64,000 bases of DNA from Candidatus Woesebacteria bacterium GW2011_GWB1_33_38 (GCA_000990005.1 LBPF01000003.1:7479-71478), one strand, 5' to 3'. Shown: positions 20,031 to 29,494, numbered from the stretch's first letter. Notes: generated from the letters alone by a model not told the origin. A program made the numbers and translations.

Positions 20031-22418
20031 AGTAATAAGTTTAATTTTAACATTACTTTGATTATTTTTTCTGCCTTAGTTTTTAGATTGTTTCTTGCTA
20101 ATTTTGGAACTTTACAACTTGACCATGGGACATTTATCGCTTGGAGTAATTCACTGGTAGTAAATGGCTCTAAGACTTTTTATGAAGGCTGGTCTGATTA
20201 TTTACCTGGGTATTTATATGTCTTATGGTTTTTAGGCAAACTTAGTTTACAGGTTCCGAACCTGCAAGTTATATTATTTAAATTACCTGCGATTATTGCA
20301 GATCTTTTGACCGGTTATCTGATTTACAAAATTTTAGAAGGCAAAAAAGGTACAAAAAAATGGGCAATAACTGGGAGTCTGTTTTATCTTTTTAATCCTG
20401 CAATTTTTGCCAATTCATCCCTTTGGGGTCAGGTTGACAGTTTGACCGCACTTTTCTCTCTTTTTGCTGTTTATGTTTTTCCTATCAGCTATTGGCTATC
20501 AGTTATTAGCTTAGCATTAGGTACTCTTATTAAACCGCAAGCCGCATTTATCTTACCTGCAATTTTATATCTTATGATTAAAAACAAAACCTCTTTCTCA
20601 AAAGTTTTGAATTTTGGAGTTTTGGGACTTGGAGTTTTTGTACTTGGTTTTGTGCCATTTAATAACTTTTCTAATTTATGGCAGTTTATAATACAACGCC
20701 TTTCAGCTTCTGCTAATCAATATCCCTACGGGTCAGTTAATGCCTTTTCTCTTTGGGGACTTTTTGGTTTTTGGAAGCCAGACAATATTACGTTTTGGAT
20801 AGGACTTGGCATATCAATTGCTCTAATTACACTAATTACTCTAATTATTTCTAAAAAGAATATCAAAAATGGTGAGTATCTAGTTTCTGCCTTTTCTTTG
20901 CTTATCACTTTTCTTTTTATGACCAGAATGCATGAAAGGCACTTATTACCAGTGCTTGCTCCGCTTTTAATTGCGACTGTGAGCAATCCTATTCTAATAA
21001 TTTCATATCTTGGTTTATCTTTAACTTACACAGCTAATTTATCGTATGCATATTATTGGATAACAGACAACTTCAAAGAAATATTTAATCCAATTTTAAT
21101 CAAAGGATTTATAATTACAAACCTTTCTTTATTAATTTTAGCGATTATTTCGGTATTCAAAAAAATTAATTTAAAAATTAAATTTAACTTTAATAATATA
21201 AAAACGGCAAATTATTTTTCAACTAAAGACATTTCAAATAAATTTGCTAAAATACTTCTCTTTTTAGTTTTGCTTTTTAGTATTTTTACCAGACTATATC
21301 AATTAGGTAATCCCAAAGAGATGTATTTTGATGAGATTTATCATTCCTTTACTGCCAAATTGGTGCTACATAATGATCCTAAAGCTTGGGAGTGGTGGAA
21401 CCCACACCCAGAAGGCTTTGCCTATGAATGGACTCATCCACCCCTATCAAAATTAGGTATGGCATTGGGGATGAAAATTTTTGGAGAAAATTCTTTTGGT
21501 TGGAGAGTTCCACAGGCGATTTTAGGTACTTTATCAGTACTGGTGATTTATTTATTGGCTAGAGAAGTATTCAAAGATAAATTAACAGCAGTTTTATCAG
21601 CTACAATTTTTTGTTTGGATGGTCTTCCTCTGGTTTTAAGCCGTATGGGTATGAATGATTCATATGTTTTATTCTTTTCACTGCTTTCTGTTTATCTTTT
21701 TGTAAGAGACAAAAATTTATTATCAAGTATTGCTTTCGGTTTAGCAATAGCTTCCAAATGGTCTGCTATTTATGTTTTTCCCATTTTATTTATTTCACAC
21801 TTCGTGTTTAGAAAAAAGATAAAAATAAGTTATTTATCTTTTTTGATTTTCCCCGCTCTAGTATATGTTGCAAGTTATAGTTTAATGTTTACAACGGGAC
21901 ACACATGGGACCAATTTATAGAGGTTCAAAAACAAATGTGGTGGTATCATACCAATCTAGTAGCGGAACACCCTTACACATCACCTGCCTGGAGTTGGCC
22001 ATTACTTTTAAGACCAATTTATTTATATGATGGGGGAGATGTTAATGGACAAGTTGCCCGAATTTATGCTTTTGGTAATCCATTTATTTTTTGGTTTGGA
22101 CTTTACTCGATAATTCTATCAATTTTTATATCAGCTAAAGAGAGAATAAAAAAGTTAGGTTTTGTAATTTTTTCGTACCTAATTTTCTTTTTACCCTGGA
22201 TTGCAAGTCCTAGAATAATGTTTTTGTATCATTATTTACCCTCAATTCCATTTTTGGCAATTGCTTCTGGTTTTGTTCTTCGCCGTTTCCCCAAATTTAG
22301 AATTGGTTTATTGGTAATTGGTTTATTGGTATTTATTTACTTTTACCCTCATTGGATAGGGGTAAGAATTCCACTAAAACTTGACGAAAGTTACTATTGG
22401 TTTTCCTCTTGGAGATAA
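19995..22418 (+). CDS. fusion of an N-terminal GT-C-like membrane domain with a C-terminal GT39 (PMT/ArnT-like) glycosyltransferase; true start uncertain
   Basis: C-terminal half carries DEIYHSFTA...EWTHPPLSKLGMALGMKIFGENSFGWRVPQAILG...LSRMGMNDSY, typical of the PMT family. The track start overlaps the divergent upstream gene. Confidence 0.65.
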   Translation: MRKFFQKSYFCHSNKFNFNITLIIFSALVFRLFLANFGTLQLDHGTFIAWSNSLVVNGSKTFYEGWSDYLPGYLYVLWFLGKLSLQVPNLQVILFKLPAIIADLLTGYLIYKILEGKKGTKKWAITGSLFYLFNPAIFANSSLWGQVDSLTALFSLFAVYVFPISYWLSVISLALGTLIKPQAAFILPAILYLMIKNKTSFSKVLNFGVLGLGVFVLGFVPFNNFSNLWQFIIQRLSASANQYPYGSVNAFSLWGLFGFWKPDNITFWIGLGISIALITLITLIISKKNIKNGEYLVSAFSLLITFLFMTRMHERHLLPVLAPLLIATVSNPILIISYLGLSLTYTANLSYAYYWITDNFKEIFNPILIKGFIITNLSLLILAIISVFKKINLKIKFNFNNIKTANYFSTKDISNKFAKILLFLVLLFSIFTRLYQLGNPKEMYFDEIYHSFTAKLVLHNDPKAWEWWNPHPEGFAYEWTHPPLSKLGMALGMKIFGENSFGWRVPQAILGTLSVLVIYLLAREVFKDKLTAVLSATIFCLDGLPLVLSRMGMNDSYVLFFSLLSVYLFVRDKNLLSSIAFGLAIASKWSAIYVFPILFISHFVFRKKIKISYLSFLIFPALVYVASYSLMFTTGHTWDQFIEVQKQMWWYHTNLVAEHPYTSPAWSWPLLLRPIYLYDGGDVNGQVARIYAFGNPFIFWFGLYSIILSIFISAKERIKKLGFVIFSYLIFFLPWIASPRIMFLYHYLPSIPFLAIASGFVLRRFPKFRIGLLVIGLLVFIYFYPHWIGVRIPLKLDESYYWFSSWR

Positions 22419-22426
22419 CTCTTAAA

Positions 22427-23317
22427 TTAGAAGGCTAAGAGTAAGCTACCAAGTATTACAAGTATTCCAAATACTGTTCCAACAATAGTTGGCCATGTTG
22501 TACCAACTGAAGGTAATTCTGGTTCCTCTTCAACACTTGCGATTGATGTAGATGTTTCTGTTGGTTCAGGAGGACATAGACAATCATTTTCTGATAGGCA
22601 AGATGTGTTTCTACAACTTCCTGAAGTTGCGCCACTAGCAATATAGCACATCAAACCATTTGGACAGTCAGTATTTTGAGTGCATGAATTGTTACATTGT
22701 GGATTCGAAGTTGCAGTAGCTGTTGCAGTAGCTGTTGGTATACCAGTGCCTGTACTTGTAGCTGTGGCTGTAGGTGTGGCTGTAGGTGTTTCTCCAGGAC
22801 AGACACAATCTGTCTCAGTTGAACAAGTCTCTTTTCTACACCTTTTGGCACTAGAATCTGCAGAATTGACAACTAAGCATCTAAGATTTGAAGTGCAGTC
22901 TGTATGTGCGGTACACAAACTATTGCATTGTTTGGGTGTTGCTGTAGCTGTTGCTGTGGCTGTTGGTGTTGCACAAATACAATTTGTTTTTGATGTACAA
23001 GCCTGTCTTCTACATCTACCTGATGTCGCAGGCCCAGGCCCTGCGCCATAACAAATCAAACCTGTGGGACAATCAGTGGTTTGTTGACAGACACTGTTAC
23101 ATACTATGTTTGGAGGTGCGGTTGGTGTAGGCGTTGTTGTTGGCCCAGTTACTGTAAATGACACCTTACAAACTTTAGGCCCAGCTGCAGCATTTGAGTC
23201 AGTTGGAGCAACATTTTTAGTTTGGTAAAGTTTAATTGCAGTGAATATTGCAATTCCAGCAAGAACAATAGTTGTTGCTATTATTCCCAAAGTTACTATT
23301 TTATTTTTGTTTTTCAT
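22427..23317 (-). CDS. Cys-rich repeat surface protein with three 8-Cys modules separated by (PTATATA)n linkers
   Basis: Start taken at MKNKNK; N-terminal TM; three C-x3-C-x5-C...GxC..C..C.C modules; C-terminal ELPSVG followed by a hydrophobic tail. Confidence 0.5.
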   Translation of the reverse strand: MKNKNKIVTLGIIATTIVLAGIAIFTAIKLYQTKNVAPTDSNAAAGPKVCKVSFTVTGPTTTPTPTAPPNIVCNSVCQQTTDCPTGLICYGAGPGPATSGRCRRQACTSKTNCICATPTATATATATPKQCNSLCTAHTDCTSNLRCLVVNSADSSAKRCRKETCSTETDCVCPGETPTATPTATATSTGTGIPTATATATATSNPQCNNSCTQNTDCPNGLMCYIASGATSGSCRNTSCLSENDCLCPPEPTETSTSIASVEEEPELPSVGTTWPTIVGTVFGILVILGSLLLAF

Positions 23318-23330
23318 TATATTTATATAT

Positions 23331-24257
23331 TTATTTTCCATACCATGTTCCAGCATAATATACTTCAGCCTGGATATTGGTTGTTCCTGAAGTAACTGTA
23401 TATAGATCATAGAAAACCGTAGCAACTTGGAATTTTTTACTGGCTGTAACTTCAGGTCTTAGTACTCCATTAACTGTAAACCTTGCTTTAGTAAAATGAA
23501 TAGTGTTATTTGCACCATATGCAGTAGGTATTGTCAAATTAACTTTTTGTCCAACCTTTAAAGTTCCTAAATCAGTAATCATTGCCCCTTGTTCAGTGTA
23601 AAGAACTATTGCATTAATACATCCTATTCCGCCTCCGCCTCCGCCTTCAGTACAATCTTCATCATAAAACATTGAGGTAAAAGCCTTATTACCATTATTG
23701 TAATAGTCAATTTGTTCGGTTCCACAATTAAATTCAAAACTGGCGCTTTCCAAATGAGTTTTGTATTCTTCATTACAGCTAGTGCCAAACGGTTTGACGT
23801 CGTTGCAATGGTAGTGGTTAACAAAATCTAAAGGAAAACTAGTTGCAGAACATCCTGTTGCAGTACATGGAGGAGTAAATTGATTTGTTGCTGCTTTTTC
23901 TCTAATATCCTGATTTTGGCCTGTTAAAAATACTCCTGCTCCAACACCACCAACAAGTAAAAATAATCCTAATATTGTTGCAATTACTTTTCCCCCTGCA
24001 AATTTTTTCTTTGGTGGTGTAGTACCCATTATTTCAGGCATAATAACGTCATCACTTGGCGCAGCTGAACCAACATTTGTTGTAACTGTTGCTGGGGTTG
24101 TGTCCAACTGTTCACCGATCACTGTTGACTGTTCACTAGCTACAGGCATTGGGGGCAAAACAGTATCTTCAACTACAGTAGGAAAAGTTACAGGAAAATT
24201 CTGATCATCAGTTTGACCATTGGTTGTTGTTGGTTGATTACTATTTCCGTTGGGCAT
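23331..24257 (-). CDS. membrane-anchored protein with a Cys-containing extracytoplasmic domain
   Basis: TM helix VIATILGLFLLVGGVGAGVFL; eight Cys; G6 run. Confidence 0.4.
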   Translation of the reverse strand: MPNGNSNQPTTTNGQTDDQNFPVTFPTVVEDTVLPPMPVASEQSTVIGEQLDTTPATVTTNVGSAAPSDDVIMPEIMGTTPPKKKFAGGKVIATILGLFLLVGGVGAGVFLTGQNQDIREKAATNQFTPPCTATGCSATSFPLDFVNHYHCNDVKPFGTSCNEEYKTHLESASFEFNCGTEQIDYYNNGNKAFTSMFYDEDCTEGGGGGGIGCINAIVLYTEQGAMITDLGTLKVGQKVNLTIPTAYGANNTIHFTKARFTVNGVLRPEVTASKKFQVATVFYDLYTVTSGTTNIQAEVYYAGTWYGK

Positions 24258-24340
24258 ATAAAAAGTCCTTGAATTAACTTTAACCTTTCATGAAATCCAT
24301 GTCAAGAAGAAGTCGTTATTATCGTCACAACTTTGGAATC

Positions 24341-24855
24341 TTACATGCAATAAGGGGTAAAATTTTTATATTTGATTTCATATCCATCTTTACAACATCT
24401 TGATATTCCTCCTTGTGAACTATTAACACAGTCAAAGTAGGAATTTGGAGTTGACGCACCCCAAATCAAATCCTTTAAAGGAAAATGAAAAGTAATACAT
24501 CTTGTTGGATCGTTCTTATAACTAGGACACATTATTATTTTTGGTCCTTGCCCGACACTATCACATTCTTTTGTAGTTTCTCCACATTTATCCCTCCTGA
24601 TATCCCATTTACATTTATAGATTTCCCCGTTTTTTTGGATGTGGAACATGCATTTGCACAACTTTCTCGATCATAATTATACTTACAACCAGCAGCAGCC
24701 TCTTCTTCAATGTTTTGGTTTTGTTTAACAAGATATAAACCTACTAAAACTGCAACTATTAAAAATATTAAACCAACTATCGAGAAAATCTTCTTTCTAT
24801 TTACTTTATTAACCTTATTAACCTTTGTTTTAATTGTATGCTTTTTTGTTGACAT
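24341..24855 (-). CDS. Cys-rich secreted protein; two overlapping ORFs that join by a frameshift in a T7 run at 24630-24636
   Basis: N-terminal signal anchor and CKYNYDRESCANACS in one frame, continuing as a 14-Cys domain in the other. Confidence 0.4.
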
Positions 24856-26119
24856 AGTGGCTTGCTAAAACTAATCCTATACCAATCATGAATAATCCCA
24901 ATGTATTTGTCAAGTAACCAGTTTCTGGCACGGGAGGCGTGGTTGCTGTTGAAGTTGCAGTAGCTCTTGAAGTTGGTGATGATGTGGCAATTGGAGTTGG
25001 TGTAAAAATTGGTGTTGCTGACGGTGTTGATTCAAATGCTGGTCCTTCAGCTGCAGAGACTATAAAATTTCTTTTTAATATTCTTATTATTCCATTTGCA
25101 TCCGTCCATTTAAGTGTTACAGTATGTTGACCTGGTTCAAGGCTGTTTGGAGGGCTCCAATTCCAACCTCCGTTTTTATCAGTTGCAACAGTTACAGTTT
25201 GAAGTTCTGATTCAACAGATACTTCAATATTGGTTTGAGATGGGCCACTACCGAAAAATTCTGGATTTACTGTTGTTATTATTTCTCCCTCATCAACTGA
25301 ATCGATCGAGATAAAAGAGTTGGTGGGTTGAACTTCGTTTCTGTTAATTTCAAAACGAGAGGAAGCCTCAATTGATTCAGGAACAGAAAGATTGCTTTTG
25401 GGAAGTGATTCTTGATTACTATTAATAGTTCTAAAATCATATGTCTTGCCAAGTAAAATAATTGGAGTTGAATTAATTGCAGTTGGATAAATAACAGCTT
25501 GGGCTGTTCCCTTGGGGCCTGCATTTATACTTATTTCAATGGCTGTTGTTTCAGGGACTGATTCTATATAATTTGATATAGGTATGACCCAACTTCCTTC
25601 TGGAGAGGTAATTGTGGATAGAGTAAAACCGTTAACCGTCAAATGAACAATTGCCTCAGCGGGTGTTGCACCATCCTGTTGAAGTACTACACCTGTAGCT
25701 ATTAAATTGTCTGCTGTAATTATCTGATTTAATGTTTTAGATTGCCATGGTATATCATTGTTTTTATAATCTTTTCCATCAGAGTTGATTGCAAAAAAAA
25801 CATCAGTACTACTTTCAAGACCTAAAATATTTACCAGATGTACACTACTTTGGGAACTTTTTTCTTCAAGAGCGACCTTGCCAAGATTGCCATTTGTTTT
25901 ATTCCATTTAACAAATCCTTTACTTTCTGTATCAGTTGTCCAAGTAACAGTAATGGAGTTATTGGAAATATTTCCGATTCGTACATTTTTAGGTGAATTT
26001 TCAACCTGTGCACCCAATTTAAAAATTTGCCTTGAATTAATTGAATAAATTCCAATAACTAAGCTCGAGATTAAAATTAAAAGGCCTAAAATAGTTGGTA
26101 ATCTTACCCCTTTTTTCAT
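24830..26119 (-). CDS. surface protein with FN3-like domain and C-terminal VPETG + TM + KK tail (sortase-type sorting signal)
   Basis: N-terminal signal anchor; ISNNSITVTWTTD; C-terminal PVPETG-YLTNTLGLFMIGIGLVLAS-HYVNKKAYN, motif encoded at 24917-24931. Confidence 0.5.
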   Translation of the reverse strand: MKKGVRLPTILGLLILISSLVIGIYSINSRQIFKLGAQVENSPKNVRIGNISNNSITVTWTTDTESKGFVKWNKTNGNLGKVALEEKSSQSSVHLVNILGLESSTDVFFAINSDGKDYKNNDIPWQSKTLNQIITADNLIATGVVLQQDGATPAEAIVHLTVNGFTLSTITSPEGSWVIPISNYIESVPETTAIEISINAGPKGTAQAVIYPTAINSTPIILLGKTYDFRTINSNQESLPKSNLSVPESIEASSRFEINRNEVQPTNSFISIDSVDEGEIITTVNPEFFGSGPSQTNIEVSVESELQTVTVATDKNGGWNWSPPNSLEPGQHTVTLKWTDANGIIRILKRNFIVSAAEGPAFESTPSATPIFTPTPIATSSPTSRATATSTATTPPVPETGYLTNTLGLFMIGIGLVLASHYVNKKAYN

Positions 26120-26319
26120 TGGTTTTGTACCCTTCTCTCAATTTCATTTAATGTATCCATGTCCAAATTAGGGTTAATTGGAGCAATTATTTCATTTGAG
26201 ACATTTACAGGACTTTCTTTTGTAAAAACACGATAAATAGTAAATGATATCCAAAAAACAACAGTAATAGTTGTTAAAATTAACAAAATCATTAAACTAG
26301 GTAACTTTGCATTTTTCAT
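26116..26319 (-). CDS. small membrane protein in the pil operon
   Basis: 67 aa, one TM, coupled to pilO. Confidence 0.35.
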   Translation of the reverse strand: MKNAKLPSLMILLILTTITVVFWISFTIYRVFTKESPVNVSNEIIAPINPNLDMDTLNEIERRVQNQ

Positions 26320-26978
26320 ATTTCTGTTTTAACAAATGGCATTCTTCCCAAAACAGTTAGGATTAGAATTTTGCCATTTTCCGTTTTGGTGGAATTTATC
26401 ACTAACGAATCAACTTTTAAAGGTCTAACTAAATTTTCTATGTCAAAAAGAAAAAGAAGTAAGTTTTGATATGAACCAGACATCGATATTGAACAAGGGA
26501 GTTCTTCTGCACCCTGGGGCAATTTTTCAGTCGCATCTATCCTCTTTGTTTTCCCTGCCACCTTACCTATTAAGGTTATATCTGACATACTCAAGTTTAT
26601 TAGCTGAAGTGAATTTTTATTTGCTAAATTTTCCATTGTTGATATTAAGTCTTCAGCGTTGGCAAGGCTTGGGATAGCAGACTCAATCTTTTGAAGTCCT
26701 TCCTCTTTGTCTTGAATAATTTGGTTTGCTTTTTGCAGGTCAAGCAACTTCTGATTAATTTTGACGATTGTTTCTTCCTTTGTTTCAATTTCTTTATTGA
26801 GTTCAATAATTGTTAAAACTGTAGGTTTAACAGCAAAAATTGCGAAGACAATGATCGTAGATAATGATAAAATAAGTTCTAAATAGATTTTAATATTGGG
26901 TTTGGTGTAATAAATCTGTAAGATATTTAAGAAAAAATCTTTGTACCTTAAATAATCTTTTTTCCAATTATTTTTCAT
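26316..26978 (-). CDS. pilO: type IV pilus assembly protein PilO-like
   Basis: Short cytoplasmic segment, TM, coiled coil; immediately downstream of and overlapping pilN. Confidence 0.55.
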   Translation of the reverse strand: MKNNWKKDYLRYKDFFLNILQIYYTKPNIKIYLELILSLSTIIVFAIFAVKPTVLTIIELNKEIETKEETIVKINQKLLDLQKANQIIQDKEEGLQKIESAIPSLANAEDLISTMENLANKNSLQLINLSMSDITLIGKVAGKTKRIDATEKLPQGAEELPCSISMSGSYQNLLLFLFDIENLVRPLKVDSLVINSTKTENGKILILTVLGRMPFVKTEI

Positions 26979-27523
26979 TTCGGTGAAATCTTTCCTGAAA
27001 CAGTAAATACAATAGTATTCGGGTCATCCTGAGAAGTCGAGATTTGAGAAAGTGTAATTTCTGAAAGATTATTTTTTGCTTCCAAGTTGGCTATAACTTG
27101 AGCAATCGAACTTTCTGAAAAAGAAGTAGCTTTAATAGCAAATGATTTATCATTAAAAGTGGTTGATGTAAAAATAATATCTAGTGGAAGTGTTGTTGAA
27201 ATATCATTTATAATTTCGGTAAAAAGAGGTTCATTATAAAGAGATTTGGCGATACTTAACTTCTTTTGAATGTTTTTGAACTCTAGTTCAATATCTTCAT
27301 AGGCAAGTATCTGGGATTGTCCAATATCTAAATCCTCATTTAAATCAGAATTTCTGGCATCTAACCAAAAACGTGATAAAAAGGCTGACATAACCAAAAG
27401 CTCAGTGATAATGACCATAACTCTAAAAGAAGAAAGGGACCACTTAAGTATTCTGCCTAGGGTACTTGTCTCAAATTCATCCTGAGGTAAAAGGTTTATA
27501 AATTTATTTTTTACTTTGGGCAT
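26975..27523 (-). CDS. pilN: type IV pilus assembly protein PilN
   Basis: Conserved N-terminal INLLP motif (FINLLPQDEF), followed by a TM. Confidence 0.7.
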   Translation of the reverse strand: MPKVKNKFINLLPQDEFETSTLGRILKWSLSSFRVMVIITELLVMSAFLSRFWLDARNSDLNEDLDIGQSQILAYEDIELEFKNIQKKLSIAKSLYNEPLFTEIINDISTTLPLDIIFTSTTFNDKSFAIKATSFSESSIAQVIANLEAKNNLSEITLSQISTSQDDPNTIVFTVSGKISPK

Positions 27524-27538
27524 ATACCCAATGTAGCA

Positions 27539-27772
27539 TTATTTTATAAGTTTGGAAAGTTGTGATTTTATTCTAGCAGATTTATTTTTGTGAATAACCT
27601 TTATTTTAGCAGTTTTGTCTGTTAAAGAGACTGCTTTTTCAATATCCTTTTTTGATTTTGTTGATTTAGCCTTTTTAATAGCAATCTCAAGCTTTGTCAG
27701 AGCAATTTTATTTACAGATTGTTTTCTAAAAGACCCACGAAGCGCTCTTTTGGCTGTTTTTGTTACTGGCAT
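27539..27772 (-). CDS. rpsT: 30S ribosomal protein S20
   Basis: AKRALR...KVIHKNKSARIKSQLSKLIK matches S20. Confidence 0.85.
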   Translation of the reverse strand: MPVTKTAKRALRGSFRKQSVNKIALTKLEIAIKKAKSTKSKKDIEKAVSLTDKTAKIKVIHKNKSARIKSQLSKLIK

Positions 27773-27811
27773 GCGGGTAGTATAATCAAAAAAAAAGAAT
27801 ATAACAAGAAT

Positions 27812-29485
27812 ATGATATTTACGAAACTAAAAAAGATTATATTTGCCAAACAGCATACGGTCTTATCTGCCGCAACTCTTATCATGGTCATGATTGTTGT
27901 CTCAAGAGTTTTAGGGCTAGTACGCCAGAGGGTTTTAGCTCACTATTTTGTACCGGATGATTTAAGCCTTTTTTTTGCAGCCTTTAGACTACCAGATACT
28001 ATTTTTGAAGTCTTGGTCTTTGGGACCTTTGCCTCGGCCTTTATTCCAGTTTTTTCTAAAAGTTTAAAAGAATCCAAAAAAAATGCTTGGAAACTAGCCG
28101 GATTGATTGCTAATTGGGGAGGTTTGTTTTTTGTAGCAATTACAACTATTGTCATAGTCTTTGCCCATCCTATATATAGGGTTATAACCCCTGGATTTAG
28201 TAACATTGACCAAGAAACAATTGTTCTAATGGCCAGGATTTTATTTGCAGCCCAGGGCTTTTTTGTAATTTCTTACGTTCTAACTGCAGTTTTGGAGTCA
28301 TCAAAGAGATTTTTTGTTCCTGCTCTTGCTCCTCTTTTTTACAATTTAGGTATAATTCTTGTTACCATATTTTTTTCAAAAGAGCTGGGGCTTTTAGCCC
28401 CCGCCTTGGGTGTTGTGGTTGGAGCGGGGTCACACTTTTTAATTCAGCTACCACTTGCTCGAAAACTTGGCTTTAGGTTTAATAGATCTCTTGCAATTAC
28501 TTCGGAAGTTAAAAAAATAGCTAAACTATCCTTACCGCGAATTATTGAAGTGTCATTTTTGCAAATTGCCAAATTCGTGGAACTTACACTTGCATCTTTA
28601 ATATCAATTCCTGCTTATACATATTTTACTTTTGGTAATACAATTCAACTTTTACCTGTTGGACTTTTTGGTACTTCAATTGCTAAAGCGGCACTTCCTA
28701 CACTAGCATCGCAGGCTGATAATTTGGATGCTTTCAAAAAGACACTCTTTGAAACATTAAATCAGGTGGTTTTTTTGATGGCTCCCATGGTTGCTTTTTT
28801 GATAGTTGCCAGAGTCCCTGTTGTTAGGCTTATTTTTGGAACGGACATTTTTACCTGGGAATCAACAGTCGAAACGTCTTTGGTTGTGTCTGCTTTTGCT
28901 ATTGGAATTTTCTCACAAGCCGCCAATTCAATACTGGCAAGGAGTTTTTACGCACTTCATGATACAAAAACTCCTGTAATAGTGTCAATCTCAACGCTTT
29001 TTTTAAATATCTTAATGGATTATCTTTTTGTCATAGTTTACAAATTACCTGTTTGGAGTTTGGCTTTTGCATTTTCAGTTGCCGTACTCATTCAGTCTGG
29101 AATTCTCTTTGGATTGATTGTTAAAAGAATTCATAACGGTATCAAAAGAACGCTTTATATTCCTGTAATAAAATCATTAACAGGAGGCATAATTTCAGGT
29201 GGTGTTATGTTTTTCATTTTAAAGTTTTTTGATAAATCAGTCTGGATTAAAAAGCTGTCATTTATAAGTAATTTAGATCTGCCTTTTGAAAAATTTGTAC
29301 TTGACACAAGGTATACAGGAAATCTTTTAATTTTAACTACAATTGTTGGCGTAATTGGGGTACTAGTTTACATCTTTATTTTAAAACTTCTAAAATCCAA
29401 AGAACTTGAGACTTTTGTAAATCTGTTTAAAAGAATGTTAACAGGTCAAAAATTTACAACCGAATTTGAAAGGTCAGACCTTTAA
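27812..29485 (+). CDS. murJ: lipid II flippase MurJ
   Basis: SRVLGLVRQRVLAHYFVPDDLSLFFAAFRLPDTIFEVLVFGTFASAFIPVF; 14 TM helices; ATG at 27812 avoids overlap with rpsT. Confidence 0.85.
   Translation: MIFTKLKKIIFAKQHTVLSAATLIMVMIVVSRVLGLVRQRVLAHYFVPDDLSLFFAAFRLPDTIFEVLVFGTFASAFIPVFSKSLKESKKNAWKLAGLIANWGGLFFVAITTIVIVFAHPIYRVITPGFSNIDQETIVLMARILFAAQGFFVISYVLTAVLESSKRFFVPALAPLFYNLGIILVTIFFSKELGLLAPALGVVVGAGSHFLIQLPLARKLGFRFNRSLAITSEVKKIAKLSLPRIIEVSFLQIAKFVELTLASLISIPAYTYFTFGNTIQLLPVGLFGTSIAKAALPTLASQADNLDAFKKTLFETLNQVVFLMAPMVAFLIVARVPVVRLIFGTDIFTWESTVETSLVVSAFAIGIFSQAANSILARSFYALHDTKTPVIVSISTLFLNILMDYLFVIVYKLPVWSLAFAFSVAVLIQSGILFGLIVKRIHNGIKRTLYIPVIKSLTGGIISGGVMFFILKFFDKSVWIKKLSFISNLDLPFEKFVLDTRYTGNLLILTTIVGVIGVLVYIFILKLLKSKELETFVNLFKRMLTGQKFTTEFERSDL
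29469..29483. repeat. palindrome AAAGGTCaGACCTTT spanning the murJ stop codon
   Basis: Same AGGTCAGACCT core as 38088-38098. Confidence 0.7.
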
Positions 29486-29494
29486 AAATGGTAG

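Noticed and set aside
22680-23051. ORF encoding VAVAVAVAVG repeats
   Set aside because: It is the antisense reading of the (TA)n linker repeats in the Cys-rich gene.
24830-24855. 26-nt overlap between the FN3 surface-protein gene end and the downstream start
   Set aside because: Probably a start-codon choice issue (TTG/ATG alternatives) rather than a real overlap.
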